From NCBI GenBank assembly GCA_024704765.1, contig JAKMXF010000324.1, forward strand, positions 186,001 through 250,000: a DNA stretch of 64,000 nt, in the 5' to 3' direction. Made by a program: the position numbers and the translations under genes. Below the pieces are notes generated by a model, which saw only the letters and a list, made by a program, of their open reading frames with translations, was not told the origin of the DNA and ran no database searches. How positions within the stretch are numbered: position 1 is the first letter of the stretch; each line of letters opens with the position of its first letter. Origin of the DNA: Oopsacas minuta. Lineage: Eukaryota > Animalia > Porifera. This document shows, piece after piece, positions 59,701-64,000 of the stretch.

Positions 59701-62609
59701 CACATGATTACACGGTGCATATCTACACCCCTAAATGTCCTCAAAATCTTCCTATCTTATGAGTTAGCCCTCTAATCTTATTATCAATTGGTTCCAACTG
59801 TTATATCTTCTTTAGGAGCTCCTCGTCTCCTCCAAGCAATCGCTAAAGATGACCTCCTTCCATTTGTTGGTTTCTTCAAATCAACAATTGGCGGTGAACC
59901 AACACGTGCTCTAATCCTTACAGCAATAATAGCAGAGATAGGAATACTAATAGCTAGTCTCGATTACGTGGCTCCTATTATAACACTATTCTTCCTGATG
60001 TGTTATATGTTCGTGAATATAGCTTGTAGCTTGCAGTCTCTTTTGAAAGCTCCTAACTGGAGACCTAGGTTTAAATACTATCACTGGACCCTGTCTACTA
60101 TTGGAGCAGTACTATGTCTGGTGCTTATGTTCATATCTGCATGGTATTATGCTATCGTAAGTTTAAATGTACAGCAGATGTCGGTTTTAGGAGCAAATCG
60201 ATTATGAGAACTTGTGTTCTACTCCCAAGCGTATTCTATACCGGCATTCACTTAATTTCATGACTAGATCAGATCCTGCCGTTACCAGGCTGGAGCTGCA
60301 TAGTCCTACATCTACACTCCCATCTCCCCTTTAGATAACCATGATATTAGCCCTGGGTATCTACAAGTATATAGAGTTTCGTGGTGCTGAGAAGGAATGG
60401 GGAGACGGTATGAGGAGTCTGTCTAGAGAAGCTGCCAGACTATCCTTACTGAAACTAGAACAAGGACAACCTCACAGTAGGAACTGGAGACCCCAGATAC
60501 TAGTGCTAATCAGTCCTGATGAGGATTATATGCCTAAAGAGAGAAATCTGTTAGCATTCACTAGTCAGTTGAAAGCTGGGAAAGGTATGTGCTGTTACAA
60601 TTATAATCATGAATTAATACAGTAAACTCTCGTTATGCCGAAGTGGTCTGGACCCGTGATTCATTTCTTTATAAGCGGAATTCGGTTTTGGGTAAAGAAT
60701 AACTTCGTAATAAATATCAGTGCTAATTAAGCCTATGACCTTATGAATGCTGAAACATCGGTTCCCAACCTGGAATTTATCACATTTCGCCTGTACAACT
60801 GGGATTTTGGTTGTACCCCCGTCAGATGTGATGCCCCCGGAAATGGAAGCACTGGTCAGTCCCCGGGTGAAAATGGTTGGGAACCGCTAGTATAACCGTA
60901 ATCTATGTTACATAGAGCATTTCTAATAGGCTTGATAATGGTATCCAGCGTAATCCTTGGAGAATACAAAGATCATGTAGCAGAAGTACTTGCTTCTACA
61001 CAAACTATAAGACGCTTAATGTCTGAGAATAGAATACAGGGATTCAGCCAGGTCATAGCCTCACGGGAAATCGATGAAGGAGTGTCTTATCTGCTACAGG
61101 CTAGCGGTCTAGGAGGACTCAAACATAATACTATACTCCTAGCATGGCCGGAGTCATGGAAGAATAAGGAGACTTATAAGCAGTTTATTAATACGTTAAG
61201 AATGGCTTCTGTATCAAGAATTGCATTAATGGTTACGAAGGGTATCAGGTATTCAGTATTTAATCATTAGTCCACTGTTAATGACAAACTTGTTTCAGCT
61301 CTACATGATGTCCGTCTAAGCATGCGGACGGGTGGTGTTTCATATCTCATTATTGTATGATAATTCATTAAATATTTTTCCTTTTTCTAAATATGTTAAT
61401 TAAGCGTGTTAGAGGCGGTCTGTTACTTCTATTCATCCGTTAGTTAGTAAATATATTGTGTAGTTGAATTTCACTAATCAAATGATGAAATAATGACAAT
61501 ATTCATGAGGCAGGTAAACTTGATGCGGGCGGCGGAGCTGAACAAGTTTCTAACTAACAGTGGCCTTAGCTATTTGGTATTACAATAGTCTACCAGTTCC
61601 CAACCTGTTTTACCCCTCCGTAGACTATAATAGGAAGTTTAAGATCCTATGGAACCCTTCAGTCATCCGTCCCAGTTTGGGAACCGCTGCAATATTGGAA
61701 CCTTTGTATCGCTGTTAATCAAATCCCGAATATTTATTCCCCGATAACTTATCCTATAGACAATTTCCAGACAATGAATCCAAAGTAAAAGGCAACATAG
61801 ACATATGGTGGATAGTACATGACGGAGGACTCCTCATGCTAATCCCATTCCTACTCAAAAAGAATAAAGTATGGAAACAGTGTAATCTGCGTATATTCAC
61901 TGTAGCACAGGAAGAAGATAACAGTATACAAATGAAGAAAGATCTCACACAGTTCTTATATCAAGTACGTATATCAGCTGAGGTATTTATAATTGAATTA
62001 CCTGATTGTGATATATCCGCTTATACATATGATCGTACTATATTAATGGAAGAGAGACAGAATATGTTGGAAGATTTGAAGTTAACAAGGAAAGAGAGAA
62101 GAGCGAATGTTCAGGATGTTGTTGATTCATCTCATCGAAGGGGCGCGACGCATTCACCACCTAACCGTGATGCGGTTGCGTATCGTCCCTCTTGGTCTAG
62201 TGTCTTGTCAACGCTCGATCCTCCTGAAGCATTACAAAAGCCCCAATCGGTTGCTAAGACAAACCAGAGGTTTGAGGTCCAAGCAGCTGATGAGGGTAAC
62301 CCAACTTCCCTACCGATTTCACCCCCTGTTGATTCAGAAGTACATGTCTCATTCCATTCGTCAGACCCGGTTGCTATGCCAGAACCTACGCCATACAATC
62401 TCCGACACATGAACACATCCGTACGACTAAACGAGCTCATCATTGAGAGATCGCACGACGCGAAACTCGTTGTTATTAACCTTCCTTCCCCGCCTGATAG
62501 CCATAGCGACGAAACTAGCTACATGGCATTCTTAGAGGTGTTAACTGAGGGACTAGACAGGGTGCTTATGATCAGAGGAGGCGGTAGAGAGGTTGTTTCA
62601 ATTTTCTAA
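56749..62609 (+). CDS. SLC12A: K-Cl cotransporter (KCC, SLC12A4-7 family), 10 exons, ~1113 aa
   Basis: Exons 56749-57003, 57189-57425, 57898-58170, 58382-58592, 58786-59137, 59263-59516, 59816-60156, 60335-60584, 60930-61248, 61760-62609. [84 protein letters not shown]. Confidence 0.95.
59150..59242. mobile_element. Partial MITE family 1 copy in KCC intron 5
   Basis: TTGTACAAATATGATCCC...AAGTAATTATCGCGGTCCCTTGAGCTCCGATATAAC. Confidence 0.65.
60756..60889. mobile_element. hAT-type MITE in KCC intron 8
   Basis: TIR CGGTTCCCAACC / GGTTGGGAACCG. Confidence 0.7.
61591..61689. mobile_element. hAT-type MITE in KCC intron 9
   Basis: CAGTTCCCAACC ... TTTGGGAACCGCTG, flanked by CAATAGTC / CAATATTG. 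Confidence 0.6.
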
Positions 62610-62780
62610 TTTATATTTGTAATATAATTGTATAATTCGTCGTTTTCGATCATTTATATGGAATTATTAGACTTTTCAGTGTATTTATGTTCAATCAAAT
62701 TCCACTTATTTTAACGTATTTATCAGAGTGATTTTCTGTATATTTATTTCGTATTCTGAGTGGTTTATTTTATTCTATTG

Positions 62781-62891
62781 GGTCTGTCTACCACCTAGGA
62801 CCCCTTATACCCATTTCAACACATTCTGTGGACCCCTGCTCTCCTCCAGAGACCACTAAGGGCTCCATGAGCCACAGATTGGGATCCGCTA
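62781..62891. mobile_element. hAT-type MITE, reverse orientation
   Basis: TCTGTGGACCCCTGCT...CCACAGATTGGGATCCGCTA is the reverse complement of motifs in 4054-4165. Confidence 0.55.
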
Positions 62892-63088
62892 CTCTAGCAA
62901 GCATTGTAAAAGTAATAATATTACCAGAAATTACATGTAGTGGGTGTCGCCTATATTAACCATCTCCTGGAAAACGGTACTCATATACTTTTGTATAATT
63001 CTATCGGTTATAAGAACATATTTTATTACCCCAAGGGTGTTCTTATTCGCGATAAACACCGTAATATGTTTTTAATAATAGCTTATAA

Positions 63089-63911
63089 ATGGAATGGGAT
63101 GAGCTCAGACAACTAGAACCTGCCCTGACTCACTGGCTAGAGAAATACAGTAGTATAACTCTAGTCAGCGATAGCAAGAGAATGGTGGAGGAAGTTAAAG
63201 AAATATTCAAAGATAAAAACTTAAACACGAGTGCTCTAGTATTAAAGTATCATAGAATAGAAGAGCTAGTAATGAGATGTATACATCATCTCACGAGGGA
63301 AGGTAGACTGGATCAGTTAGATGATTCATTAACCCAGTTACCAGATCAGGTGATTGGAATTCAGTAGTCATTTTTAGTAAATTTTATTATAGGAAATAAA
63401 TGTGTAGTGAGTTAAGTCAAATTTGCAGTTTTGAAAGTAATTTATATAAAACTTGAAAATACATAAAATTTTGAATTTTCTGAATTTATTTGTACTAGGA
63501 TAATTTTCAATTTGACACAAAAGGTGTGAAAATATGATTAATCACCAAAGGGAATCTCGAAATGGACTTATTGCCTCCACAAGCAGGGCATGTGGAAACG
63601 GGTAACTTCTGGAAAAGTAGTGAAAAATTATAGAACGATTCCTAGAGTTTTTCTCCACCCTTGACGCTCCATCTATGGAGATTACACTGTGTTCTAATGT
63701 GATTATAATCCTGTAGGTATTCGCTTCATGTATTCCCAACCTTTCCTACGTGGAGCTGACCTACCATTTCCCTCAGACATTATCCTTATGTGCTCGTCTA
63801 ATCCACAGATTCTATAGAATTAAACAGAGAAGGAAGTTACCTATTCCTGTAATAGACACTCTGTTATACCAGTTATGCTTGTGGTTATTCAAATCTACTC
63901 TTCAGGAGCAA
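63089..63911 (+). CDS. Uncharacterised protein, first two coding exons; probably continues beyond the window
   Basis: Exons 63089-63349 (CAG|GTGATT) and 63717-63911 (TGTAG| ... CAA|GTAAGT), both phase 0, giving 152 stop-free codons. Confidence 0.6.
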
Positions 63912-64000
63912 GTAAGTGAACTTCAGGCTAGTGTTAGTTGGTAACTTGTTCAGCTCCAACGCCCGCATCAAGTTTACCTGCCTCATGAATATTGTCATTA

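Overview
AT-rich, compact animal nuclear DNA with spliceosomal introns. No rRNA, tRNA or CRISPR was seen. The combination of nested genes, many intron-less genes and acceptor-like AG just before start codons suggests a glass sponge (Hexactinellida); this is inference. I reconstructed about 21 protein-coding genes by hand: a VWA protein, a 3-Ig transmembrane receptor, an atypical ARF-like GTPase, CHMP1A, three tandem triple-dsRBD (TRBP/PACT/Loqs-like) genes, CYBA, MYG1, a PP2A B56 subunit, PDCL3, an orphan membrane protein, a 10-exon SLC17 transporter, NDUFB10-like, SLC25A3, SMARCAL1, two ERICH2-like paralogs, DNAH6, a 10-exon KCC (SLC12) cotransporter and a partial unknown gene. Main highlights: (1) the minus-strand SLC17 gene (33448-55893) holds six opposite-strand genes in four introns, including an entire ~4190-aa dynein heavy chain; (2) PDCL3 has a U12-type AT-AC minor intron; (3) 13 of 20 start codons sit 0-4 nt after an unpaired AG and 18 of 21 genes are on the + strand, suggesting spliced-leader trans-splicing or operon-like transcription; (4) a tandem triplet of candidate Dicer-partner dsRBD genes; (5) DNAH6 is a two-exon gene with a 1-nt frameshift in a C run. 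At least four families of short non-autonomous transposon-like elements are dispersed in introns and intergenic DNA.
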